Below are positions 36,163 to 45,400 of a stretch of DNA of 64,000 bases, piece after piece. The first letter of the stretch is position 1, and each line of letters opens with the position of its first letter. Position numbers and translations under genes: made by a program. Source of the DNA: a virus (taxonomy: Duplodnaviria > Heunggongvirae > Uroviricota > Caudoviricetes); the IMG/VR virus record IMGVR_UViG_3300036790_000223, one strand, 5' to 3'. The notes under the pieces were generated by a model. It was not told where the DNA came from. It searched no databases and worked only from the letters and a program-made list of their open reading frames with translations.

Positions 36163-36485
36163 GTGTGGAGGCCCGCTGGTTTGCGGGCGCGGTGATCGTG
36201 CGGGACAGTAAGGACCCCGCTGGCCCGCTGCTGGCGTTCAACCCGCAGGAGTGGGATGGCGGACGCGGAATGGCCTTTACCCCGGTGACTAACGTCCCGG
36301 CGAAGCTGGCCTCGGTATCGGCCCAGCGCCACCTGGATGCCTGGCAGCAGGCCGGTGAGCCCACCGCTCCCGGTGCCTGGTACGCCCTGGCCGACGACAA
36401 CAGCAATAAGCTTTACTTTGACCAGGGCGAGGTTGACGCCTTCCGTAAGGGGGTGGCGGAAGGGAAATTCCTCCTGGGCAAGTAA
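36159..36485 (+). CDS. hypothetical protein
   Basis: ATGA overlap with vWA gene; 108 aa. Confidence 0.45.
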   Translation: MSVEARWFAGAVIVRDSKDPAGPLLAFNPQEWDGGRGMAFTPVTNVPAKLASVSAQRHLDAWQQAGEPTAPGAWYALADDNSNKLYFDQGEVDAFRKGVAEGKFLLGK

Positions 36486-36578
36486 GACGAGGCAGCGCGC
36501 AGCGCACCGATACCCCTCGGCCCCCGCCTGCGCGCTGCCTCCCCCTTCCCTGAGGTGCGGCGAGGTATATTACCCCCC

Positions 36579-37232
36579 ATGGCAGACAGTTTCCATGCCC
36601 GGCTGGAGATAGCTGCGGCGGAGTTGGCAGAGCTGCTGCTGGAGTTGGAGACCGTGCTGCCGTACCGGCCGCGAGCCGGGTACCGACCCGCCGGAGCCTC
36701 AGGGAGCCAGGGCAAACCTGGTTCGGGCATGACCAGCTGGAACCCTATCGTCGCTATGGTGATCATGGACGTACACGCCGGAGCCCGTGAGCTGGAGCAG
36801 AACCTGCGCTACCGCAGCTCGGGTGTCCTGCGTACCCGAGGTGGCAGCGACGGCAACACCCACGCGGCCCTGGGTGCCATCGTGTCGCTGGCGGCGGGAG
36901 CCGGTGACGCCGAGCTGCGTGATGCCAGCCGCCAGGTACAGCGCTGGGTCTGGCGGGCACGGCTGGCCCTCGGTGAGCTAGAGCCCTGGGTCCACGTACC
37001 CCGCCTGCCGGGCCGTCCGGTGGCCCGCTGCCCCTACTGCAGCTATCAGACCCTGAGGATGAAGGCCATGTCTGGCCTGCTGCGGTGCATCAACCCGGGC
37101 TGCGCCGACGCCGATGGCCACCGGCCCCAGGGGCGCGTCATCGTTGGCCCGGCCTTTGGGGAGCCCATCCTCGCCTGGTCAGACGACACGATGGGCCTGG
37201 TATCAGAACAGGAAACGGAAGGAATCGCGTGA
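36579..37232 (+). CDS. hypothetical protein with Zn-ribbon (CPYC..C..C)
   Basis: 217 aa. Confidence 0.45.
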   Translation: MADSFHARLEIAAAELAELLLELETVLPYRPRAGYRPAGASGSQGKPGSGMTSWNPIVAMVIMDVHAGARELEQNLRYRSSGVLRTRGGSDGNTHAALGAIVSLAAGAGDAELRDASRQVQRWVWRARLALGELEPWVHVPRLPGRPVARCPYCSYQTLRMKAMSGLLRCINPGCADADGHRPQGRVIVGPAFGEPILAWSDDTMGLVSEQETEGIA

Positions 37233-37269
37233 GGGAGGAGGGTTGCCGCGCGGATGGTCATCAGCCAGC

Positions 37270-37509
37270 TTGCCCCTGCTAGGGGACGACAAACGGTTCT
37301 GGACAGCCGAGGAGGCAGCCGCCCTCCTAGGCCCACCCAACCTCAGCCCAGCCCAGGTGCGGCGGCTGGTGGCGATGGCAGGTCTGGAGGCTATCGGCCG
37401 CCGCCGGGTTAAGTATTCCGGGGCGGGGCGTGAGGCCCGCTGCTACAAGGCTATCGACCTGATACGCCTGTACGACGCGCTAGGGAAAGTGAGGGAGGAA
37501 GAAGAATGA
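37270..37509 (+). CDS. possible small HTH (MerR/excisionase-like) protein
   Basis: FWTAEEAAALLG...PAQVRRLV; start uncertain. Confidence 0.35.
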   Translation: MPLLGDDKRFWTAEEAAALLGPPNLSPAQVRRLVAMAGLEAIGRRRVKYSGAGREARCYKAIDLIRLYDALGKVREEEE

Positions 37510-37844
37510 CCAAAGACCAGATGGACAACATGCAGCTCGATGTGGCTAAATCGGCCATCATGCTGGACGAGAAGCTGCCCGGCTGGTATCGCCGGGTCAA
37601 GCTGACCACCCTGGAGATGACCAGCTGCATTACCTGCGTTCTGGGTCAGCTCAGCCCGGATACCATCCCGAACCCGTACACCTACATGCTCAGGCAGCTG
37701 GAACTGGACGAAAGCGGAGGTCGTGATTACGCCTTTGACCTGCCAACCGAACTGCAACTGAACACCCGTAGCTGGCACCAGCTCGGCGCCTACTGGAAGG
37801 CCGAGATCCGCCAGCGCAGGAGGTTTGACAATGAGCAAGCATGA
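37506..37844 (+). CDS. hypothetical protein
   Basis: 112-aa ORF. Confidence 0.5.
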   Translation: MTKDQMDNMQLDVAKSAIMLDEKLPGWYRRVKLTTLEMTSCITCVLGQLSPDTIPNPYTYMLRQLELDESGGRDYAFDLPTELQLNTRSWHQLGAYWKAEIRQRRRFDNEQA

Positions 37845-38193
37845 CATCGCCATCGGGCTGCTGGTCATCGCGGGCATCCTGGGGTTCTGGACCCTGACCG
37901 CCATCGCGCTCGGCAACCGGCGTCAGCGCACCGAGGCTGATAACGTGCGCAGCTACGGCCGCGAGCCCGACGAGAACTGGGCACGTGACCTGAAGACCGA
38001 GATGAACGAGTTCCCGGTGCTTCCGGAGTTCCAGCGCCGCGACACCGCGCCCCTGCCCGTCTTCCGGGACAGCGAAGATTCCGCTGACTGGGCAGAGACC
38101 CTGCTGATGGACTTCCGGCGGCAGATCGCACCGCTAGCCCATGAGATGTCTAACCTGCGGCGCGAGCTGGTCTACGCGCCCATCCCGGACTGA
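37831..38193 (+). CDS. membrane protein (single N-terminal TM)
   Basis: AGGAGG RBS 8 nt upstream of ATG; MSKHDIAIGLLVIAGILGFWTLTAIAL. Confidence 0.5.
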   Translation: MSKHDIAIGLLVIAGILGFWTLTAIALGNRRQRTEADNVRSYGREPDENWARDLKTEMNEFPVLPEFQRRDTAPLPVFRDSEDSADWAETLLMDFRRQIAPLAHEMSNLRRELVYAPIPD

Positions 38194-38195
38194 CG

Positions 38196-38498
38196 ATGAA
38201 CCTGGAATCGGTGGCGGAGCGGCTGCAGTTCTCGTCTGGACCGGCGGTCACCTTCACGGCTCGGGGTGGTTCCATGACCCCGCTGGTGACCGATGGCCAG
38301 GAGGTCAGCGTCTACCCCATGCCACGCCCGGAGTTCCTGGTGCCGGGTGATGTGGTGGTGGCTCGCGTGGAAGGTCGGGTGTACCTGCACAAGGTGCTCG
38401 CTGTCGATCAGGGGCGCCACCGGGTGCAGATCGGTAACAACCACGGCCGGGTCAACGGCTGGACCGGATTCGCCAAGGTCTACGGGGTGATGCGCTGA
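38196..38498 (+). CDS. hypothetical protein
   Basis: 100-aa ORF. Confidence 0.5.
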   Translation: MNLESVAERLQFSSGPAVTFTARGGSMTPLVTDGQEVSVYPMPRPEFLVPGDVVVARVEGRVYLHKVLAVDQGRHRVQIGNNHGRVNGWTGFAKVYGVMR

Positions 38499-38741
38499 CC
38501 ACGTTCCCCCTGTACACAGCAGGTTTTTACGGTATATAGTATTGAGACCAGGAGAAGTGTGCCCTGGCTCAGGCCCAGCGCCTCATGCGCGTGGAGCGGC
38601 TATCCCTGCTGATTACTCGCGGTAGCTTCAGCGCAGCCCAGACCCCGTTGCGCTGGTTCCACGTGCGTGCCTGCCCGAACGCTAAGCAGGAGACGGCGAC
38701 GAACAGCCCCTAGGGGCTGGCCCGAGAAAGCGACCTTCACC

Positions 38742-39491
38742 GTGCTCAAGACACGGACCATCCCTGCAGCCCTGGGTGGGCTGCTGGCAGCTACGGCGGG
38801 TGTTCTGCTTGCCTGGCCATCTTCCGCTGCCAATTCCGCAATCCCTGCCGCTGCTGCGGCATCCCGCTCGCAGATTGTTTGGCCTGCGGCTCCCCGGCGT
38901 GCTCTCCGCCGTCCTGCACGGCTGGTGGTTACCCGCGTGAGCGAGGTCCAAACCAAGGCGGGAGATTCCCTCTCAGCCCTCTCAGCGCGCTACCTGGGCA
39001 GTGCAAAGGACTGGCCTGCGCTGTACATGGCGAATGCCAAGGTGATCGGCCCCGACCCGGCCGCCTTGCCCAAGGGGATCACGCTGCGCATCCCGGTGCA
39101 CGTCGGGAGGTGGCTGGCTGCCTGGAAGGCGCATGAGGCCGCAGTGTTCAAGGCTGCGGCACCTGCCCCTGATCCGGCTCCGGCCGCTCCGGCTCCGGCT
39201 CCAGCCCCGGCGCAGCTGACTGCCCGGGTACTGAGTGCAGCCCAGATCGGGCAGCTGTGGCTCTCAGCGGGCGGATCGGCCGGTACTGAGCAGACCGCCA
39301 TCTGCATTGCGGAGCACGAGTCGAGCGGCAACACCCAGGCCGTCAGCCCGAGCGACGACTTCGGGGTGTGGCAGATCCACGCCGACCCGGCAGCGCTCAA
39401 CCCCATGGTGAACGCCAAGACGGCAGTGCAGATGTCGGACGACGGCACCAACTGGAGTGCCTGGACAACCGCAGGGGACTGCGGGGTGTAG
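38742..39491 (+). CDS. secreted LysM + Rpf-like lytic transglycosylase
   Basis: Signal peptide; LysM (KAGDSLSALSARYLG..ITLRIPV); Ala/Pro linker; transglycosylase core AICIAEHESSGN..GVWQI..WSAWTT. Confidence 0.75.
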   Translation: MLKTRTIPAALGGLLAATAGVLLAWPSSAANSAIPAAAAASRSQIVWPAAPRRALRRPARLVVTRVSEVQTKAGDSLSALSARYLGSAKDWPALYMANAKVIGPDPAALPKGITLRIPVHVGRWLAAWKAHEAAVFKAAAPAPDPAPAAPAPAPAPAQLTARVLSAAQIGQLWLSAGGSAGTEQTAICIAEHESSGNTQAVSPSDDFGVWQIHADPAALNPMVNAKTAVQMSDDGTNWSAWTTAGDCGV

Positions 39492-39556
39492 GTTTTCTAC
39501 AAGGCAGAAAGGGCCACTGGGTAACCGGTGGCCCTTTCTCATGCCCGGAGGCGGCA

Positions 39557-39865
39557 GTGTGGTTCACCCTGTTGCACTTGTTTGGCGTTGAGCCCCGCAA
39601 CACCTCCACCGCCTACAACTTCTGGTCAGGAATTGGCTCTGACCTGGGCGAGCTGGGCATCATTACTGGCCTGGTGACGGTGTACCGTAAGCACAACTGC
39701 CACGTGTACCGCTGCTGGCGGGTGGGCAAGATGGCAGTGCCCGGCACGCCGTACGTGGTGTGTCACCGTCACCACCCGGCGGTTGACGCCCCGATCACCA
39801 GCCAGGTCGTGCTGGACGCCCACGAAGTAGCAAGGGAGCAGGCCGATGGAGCAGAGTTCGCGTGA
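39557..39865 (+). CDS. hypothetical Cys/His-rich protein
   Basis: KHNCHVYRCWRVGK...VVCHRHHP. Confidence 0.4.
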   Translation: MWFTLLHLFGVEPRNTSTAYNFWSGIGSDLGELGIITGLVTVYRKHNCHVYRCWRVGKMAVPGTPYVVCHRHHPAVDAPITSQVVLDAHEVAREQADGAEFA

Positions 39866-40070
39866 TTACCTGGACGCGGATGCGACCGACCGCCGCGTGG
39901 CCCTGACCGAAGCGGTCGCCCTTGCCGATGCCGCGCTCGAAGCGCACAAGATGGCCCGGCCGGTGCTGGCTATTGCCGATGAGTTCTACTGGTGGCTGCG
40001 AGACCGTGACTCGCTGCGGGTATCGAAGCTGGTCATCACCCATGGCCCGGTCACCGAGCAAGGCTCCTAG
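39846..40070 (+). CDS. hypothetical small protein
   Basis: 74-aa ORF. Confidence 0.4.
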   Translation: MEQSSRDYLDADATDRRVALTEAVALADAALEAHKMARPVLAIADEFYWWLRDRDSLRVSKLVITHGPVTEQGS

Positions 40071-40131
40071 CTGCTAACCTGTCTCCCGTGCCCCCAGGTA
40101 CCGGGGGCACAACAGCGAAGGGAGACCCATC

Positions 40132-40458
40132 TTGACCACTCCAGCCCCGCCCGCCGCACTTCAGCTCACCGACAACCAGCAGGTCACCCTGTCGGTTGAG
40201 GCTGAAGACAGCAAGGGCAATGAGGTAGCCGACACGTTCACCTGGACGGTGGACAACGGCGACGTGATCGTGCTGACGGTGTCGGACGACACCATGAGCG
40301 CGCTGTGTGTGGCTGGTGCCGTGGGCGCCGCCAACGTCACCGTGACCGACTCCTCGGCTACGCCGCTGTCCGCTACTCAGAGCTTCACCGTGACCGCTGG
40401 CGAGGCCAGCCAGCTGGTGATCACTCCGGGTGCCATTGAGGCACAGCCGACTGCCTGA
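40132..40458 (+). CDS. Ig-like (Big_2-type) domain protein, virion-associated candidate
   Basis: TTG start; beta-rich VTLSVEAED..VTVTD..SFTVTAGEASQLVITPG. Confidence 0.6.
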   Translation: MTTPAPPAALQLTDNQQVTLSVEAEDSKGNEVADTFTWTVDNGDVIVLTVSDDTMSALCVAGAVGAANVTVTDSSATPLSATQSFTVTAGEASQLVITPGAIEAQPTA

Positions 40459-40545
40459 TCTACCCAGCACCACCAAAAGCCCAGTCCCATCCCGGGACTG
40501 GGCTTTTGTTATCAGTTGATCCCTTCACCAACCCGGGAGTAAGAC

Positions 40546-41034
40546 ATGGCCCTCGGCCGCACCTACAGCTCGACAACCGCACTGGTGGCCTACACTGCTA
40601 CGTCGGCCACCCCGATCATGTGGGGGGCAACCACCTCCAGCTCCACCATGGACATCCAGGCCATCCGCGTGGCCTCCTACGCCGGTTCTGGGGTGTCTTA
40701 CCCGTCCAACGGCACCGTGCTGGTGCAGCTCTCGCGGGTGACCGGTACCGCTGCTGGTGGCACGGCACTGACCCCGAGCCCGCACAACCCAGGCGACATC
40801 GCGGCAGTGTCCACCTGGAAGGACGCCTCCACTGCTGCGGTCACCTCCCTGACTCAGGGTGTGACGCTCTGGGAGCAGGCACTGCCGTTCACCGCAGGCG
40901 CGAACTGGGCCGAGTGGGTGACCCCGGGTGCTGAGTGGCGCGTCGGTGCGACCGGTACCATCGCGGTCTACCTGACTGCCAGCTCCGCAGGCACGGCTAC
41001 CGACTTCGAGGCGTCCATCGTGTTTGTTGAGTAA
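40546..41034 (+). CDS. probable tail-associated protein
   Basis: T/S/A/G-rich 162 aa. Confidence 0.5.
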   Translation: MALGRTYSSTTALVAYTATSATPIMWGATTSSSTMDIQAIRVASYAGSGVSYPSNGTVLVQLSRVTGTAAGGTALTPSPHNPGDIAAVSTWKDASTAAVTSLTQGVTLWEQALPFTAGANWAEWVTPGAEWRVGATGTIAVYLTASSAGTATDFEASIVFVE

Positions 41035-41727
41035 GTGGCGTCGCTCACCGTCACCGCCACCAGCGTCGGACCCAACACCCACGCGGGGATGTACCTGCTG
41101 GTGCGGGTGTTCACCGGGGCTACCGAAAGCGGAGGGGCGACCGCCTCCGGTACCCCGGTGGGCTCGACCGGCACCGTCAGCCTGACCCCCAACGGCACCA
41201 ACTCGCTGGTCTTTGCGTCGGTGTGCAGCGGGCTGGTCGCCGGTTCGTTCTCCGCCGCATCCAACAACACCACCTACTTCAACGTTAACGACGGCACCAA
41301 CACCGCCACCGCTAACTGGGCACACTTCACCGGGGCCGTCACCTCCGGTACCCCGGTTGCGGTCGGGGCTACGCTGGCGGGGTCGTCCACCATCGCCAAC
41401 GGTGCCTACGAGATCCTGTCCACTACCGGGTCTACGCCTTCGCTGGCTACGTCGCCCACCGGGGCTCAGTCCCCGTCCACCAACACCGTCACCTCAGCGT
41501 CGTTCACGGCTGTGCCCGGGGCGGTGCTGTGCGTGGGCGTGGGGTGCACGTCCCCGTCAGGCACTGGGGTGTCGTCGTTCACGGTGAGCGACAGCCTGGG
41601 TGTGGTCTGGACGTCACGGGTGTTCCAGACCGGGTCACCCGATGCCGCCGTGGGGGTCTTCACCGCCACCGTTCCGCCACCCCCGCCAGCGCCGACAACC
41701 TTGTACCAGATGCGGTCCTTCGGGTAA
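41035..41727 (+). CDS. probable minor tail protein
   Basis: T/S/G-rich 230 aa. Confidence 0.5.
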   Translation: MASLTVTATSVGPNTHAGMYLLVRVFTGATESGGATASGTPVGSTGTVSLTPNGTNSLVFASVCSGLVAGSFSAASNNTTYFNVNDGTNTATANWAHFTGAVTSGTPVAVGATLAGSSTIANGAYEILSTTGSTPSLATSPTGAQSPSTNTVTSASFTAVPGAVLCVGVGCTSPSGTGVSSFTVSDSLGVVWTSRVFQTGSPDAAVGVFTATVPPPPPAPTTLYQMRSFG

Positions 41728-41741
41728 AAAGGAGTTCCACT

Positions 41742-42386
41742 TTGACCCTTCCGGCCTTCGGCATTCAGATGCAACAGCAACCTGACTACCCCCTCACGCT
41801 GGACGGGGACGTGGTGAATGCCGCTCCCGCTTTCCAGGCTCCTGACGGTTACGGAATCTTGTGTTACACCTGGAGCGCCTTCTACGACAACGGATTCTTG
41901 CCTATGTCGCCGGGTGAAGGGCAACTCCAGTTCACTGGAGGCGCTAACCCGCCACAGGACCGGGCAGAAGGCCCCTACCCTTCCAAGCTGACCCTCAACT
42001 TCTGGGGACCCACCCCAGGTGACTTCAGCTACGGTTCACTTCGCGTGTGGCTCTACTTCGTCCCCGCTCAGGCGCTGGAAACGACGCCCTCTGTGGCTAA
42101 CTTCACTGCCGGGGCAACTAACGCCATCACTTTCGACTCCGACTCAGCTACCAACTCAGCGGCAGTCCACACCCTCGCAGACGGAAGCAACCTGACCAGC
42201 GTCACTCCGCTTCCCACGCTCAGCGTGGTCGAGACGCTGGCGTCGGGCGTCACCTTCACGGACAACGAAGACGGTACTGCCACGTTGGCCGGAGACATGC
42301 CAGCGGCGGGGAACTACTCGCTTACCATCCAGTCAATCAACAGCGTGGGCGAGGTGGATCAGGCGCTCACGCTCACCATTACCTGA
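41742..42386 (+). CDS. probable minor tail protein
   Basis: TTG after AAAAGGAG RBS; 214 aa. Confidence 0.5.
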   Translation: MTLPAFGIQMQQQPDYPLTLDGDVVNAAPAFQAPDGYGILCYTWSAFYDNGFLPMSPGEGQLQFTGGANPPQDRAEGPYPSKLTLNFWGPTPGDFSYGSLRVWLYFVPAQALETTPSVANFTAGATNAITFDSDSATNSAAVHTLADGSNLTSVTPLPTLSVVETLASGVTFTDNEDGTATLAGDMPAAGNYSLTIQSINSVGEVDQALTLTIT

Positions 42387-42433
42387 CTGACTCCCCTCTT
42401 CCGGGAGGTCCCCGGTTACAGGAGGCAGGTTAC

Positions 42434-45400
42434 GTGACCGTCTCCTCCAACGGCACCCCGACTGTCATCGCCGGTATCACTGGCTCAGCAAGCATCAGCG
42501 TCACTGGCCAGTGGCCGACCAACCCGACTGCCCCGGCCGCTGGAGACCTGCTGGTGGCGGTCATCGGCGGGTACGGCACCACTAGCTGCACCGTCCCTAC
42601 AGCTCCGTCTGGGTGGACGCTGTGGAACTGGTGCTACGGCATCACCGCCGGGACCGGCGCCAGGTCCCTGACCACCGTTACCGCCTACTACATCAAGAAC
42701 TCCACCGGGTCCGACACGGTCCCGACGTTTAGCGCCACAACGGCGGGCACTGCAGCCGACAACGGCCTGCGCTGCGTCATCTACGACCTGTCCGACTCCG
42801 GCGGTAGCACCCCGGTTCTGTGGACGGACGGCATCACCGCACTGCCGGTTGCCGGGACTGCGACCGTGTTCACTGGTCCGGTCCCCGCTGGTTCGCTCGG
42901 GATCGCCTCGGCCACGATCTCCCAGGGCACCACTGCAGCCACGAACACGTGGACCACGCCGTCCGGCTTCACCGCAGCCACCGGTAACGAAACCGCGTCG
43001 CTGCGGTCCCAGTTCGGCTCGTTCTATACCTCTTCCGCACCGACCACCGGCAACGGCATGTCTGTGGCCATCGTGCACTCCCGGACTTCCACCGAGCAGC
43101 CCGCGATTGCGCTGGTGGCGGCACCGCCGTCCTCTTCGGGGGTCAGGCGGTTTCAGGCGTCGCCGTACCAGGCACCCACCACCGCCGCTGCAGTGCTCAC
43201 CAGCCATACGTTCGCCGCACAGCCCGACGAGCTGATCGTCGCCTCGGCAGGCGTAGGCAATGGCGTTGGCACCGCGCCGACCAGCCTGGTTGCCGTCGAC
43301 AACACCAGCGCCACCCTGACGGCGCTGGTCACCGAGCTAGCTGGCGCCGACTTCGGCCTGGCGGGGGTCTTCGCCGAAGACGCAGGTGCCACCCCGGCTG
43401 TGACGTCGGTCACGGTTACCGCCGCCCCGTCCACGGTGCACGACCCGTGCCTGGTGGTATACCGGTTCGCCGGGGCGGCGGTAACTGCAGACCAGACCGG
43501 CACCACCGCCCACGGCACCACTGCCACTTTGTCGATTACCCCGGCCCAGACCGGCTCGGTGATCGTCGGTGCGTCCGGTGACGACGGCTCCACGGCACTG
43601 ACCCCGAACGCCAGCAGCCTCGGCTACACCTCCACCACTGGTGGCGCCGGGGACCGCATCAACGCCTACATGGGCCTGGCCTACACCACGGCCTCCAGTG
43701 CGGTCACGGTCGGCTGGTCTACCGCTCCTACCGCGCTCGGCAATGCAGCGGCGGAGATCATCCCCGCTCCTCCCGCAGCTAACCCGGCACCGCTGTACCC
43801 ATTGCGGAGGCCGGTCCGGGCGCAGGCTTTGCCCCGGCGGGGCGGCCGGGTCTACCGGAGCGGTCTGCCTAACCGGATTCTCACCAACAACTTTGAGGGT
43901 GGGTCCTCCGGCACCACCATCACCACCACTAACTCCAACGGGATTAGTGGCGCTGCGTTCGACGTGGTGTCCATCGGCACCAGCGCCACCCTGGCGTTCG
44001 ACAACACTGAGGCTGCGCACGGCCTGCTGTCGATGAAGGTGGCCACGGGCGGCACCTCCACCACGTCCCTGGCTGAGTGGACCTTCTCCGAAGGTCCCCA
44101 GCTGACGATCTACTTCCGGCTGTACCTGTTCCTGTCCGCCACACCGACAGCGGCCATCAGCCCGTTCATGGTCCGCTCCGGCGCGTCTGTGGCAGCCTCG
44201 CTGCTGCTGACCACGCCGGGCACCCTCCAGCTGCGCGACGGCACCAACACCACCCAGGTGACCTTCACCACCCACCCGCCAACTGGGTCCTGGTACCGGA
44301 TCGAGGGTTACGTCACTGGTGCCAGTGGCACTGGTGGCGCGATCTCGGCCAGCCTGTACTCGCCGCTGGACTCGCTGACCCCGGTTGAGACCCACACCGT
44401 CACCGGGATCAACACCACCGGGGCGATCAGCGCCTACTGGTTCGGCCAGGCCAACACCGTCGCCAGCAGTGGTCCGTTCTGGATCGACGACATCGGGATC
44501 TCCCCGGTCGGGTTCCTCGGCCCGGCGGCGTTCCCGCCCGTCACCTCCGGGCCACCGCTGACCGCACTGGACGGTCCGGTCCGCGCACCTGTCCCGGCCC
44601 GCCGTAAGGGTGGCATCGCACGGGCCATGAGCCCGCTGGCGATCTCCTACGCCGGGCCACCGCTGACCGCACTGGCCAGCCCGGTCCAGGGACGCCGCAG
44701 GCCCACCCCACGCGGCCGGGTCTATGGCATCAGCCGCCCCGCAGTCACCGTCGCGCCACCGACCCCAGCGCCGCTGTACCCACTGAGCAAGCCGGTCCGT
44801 GCGGTCATCCCAGCCCGCACCCGGGGTGGCCGGGTCTACCAGACGACAGCCCCTACGGTCCCCGCCATCCAGACCGGCGCAGCGCCGTGGTACCTGTTCC
44901 CCACGTTCCCGCAGTGGACGGTGCTGGAGTCGTCTACCGGGCTGCTGCCTGCCGTAGCCATCATGAACAACGGCAACGGCGACGTTGTCTGGGATTCGAC
45001 CTGGGGTGCTCTCGCTACTGCCCTGCATGCCAAGGGCATCAAGCTCCTCGGTTACGTCTACACGCAGTTCGGCACCCGGCCCGAGGGTGACGTTGAGACC
45101 GCCATCGGCAACTACCTCCAGCCTGGGTTCACCCCTGGCCTGGACACCGTTGACGGTATCTTCTTTGACCAGTTCAACAACCTGACCGGCAGCGAGTCCT
45201 ACTACAACGACCTCTGCATCTCGGTCAAGAGCCAGTTCGAGGCGGTCGGCTCCGGCGCGAACAGCCCTCTGATCTGGGGCAACCCGGGCACGGCTATCGC
45301 TGCGTCCTACCTGACGCTGCCCATCGACGTGTTTGTCACGTTCGAGGGTCCGATCACCGCCTACCAGAACTTCACCCCGTTCAACGTCAACGCCTCGGGG

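Noticed and set aside
37114-37269. N-terminal extension of ORF 37114-37509
   Set aside because: Overlaps the preceding gene (36579-37232) in another frame and is Pro/Gly/Ser low-complexity; only the C-terminal HTH-like part was kept
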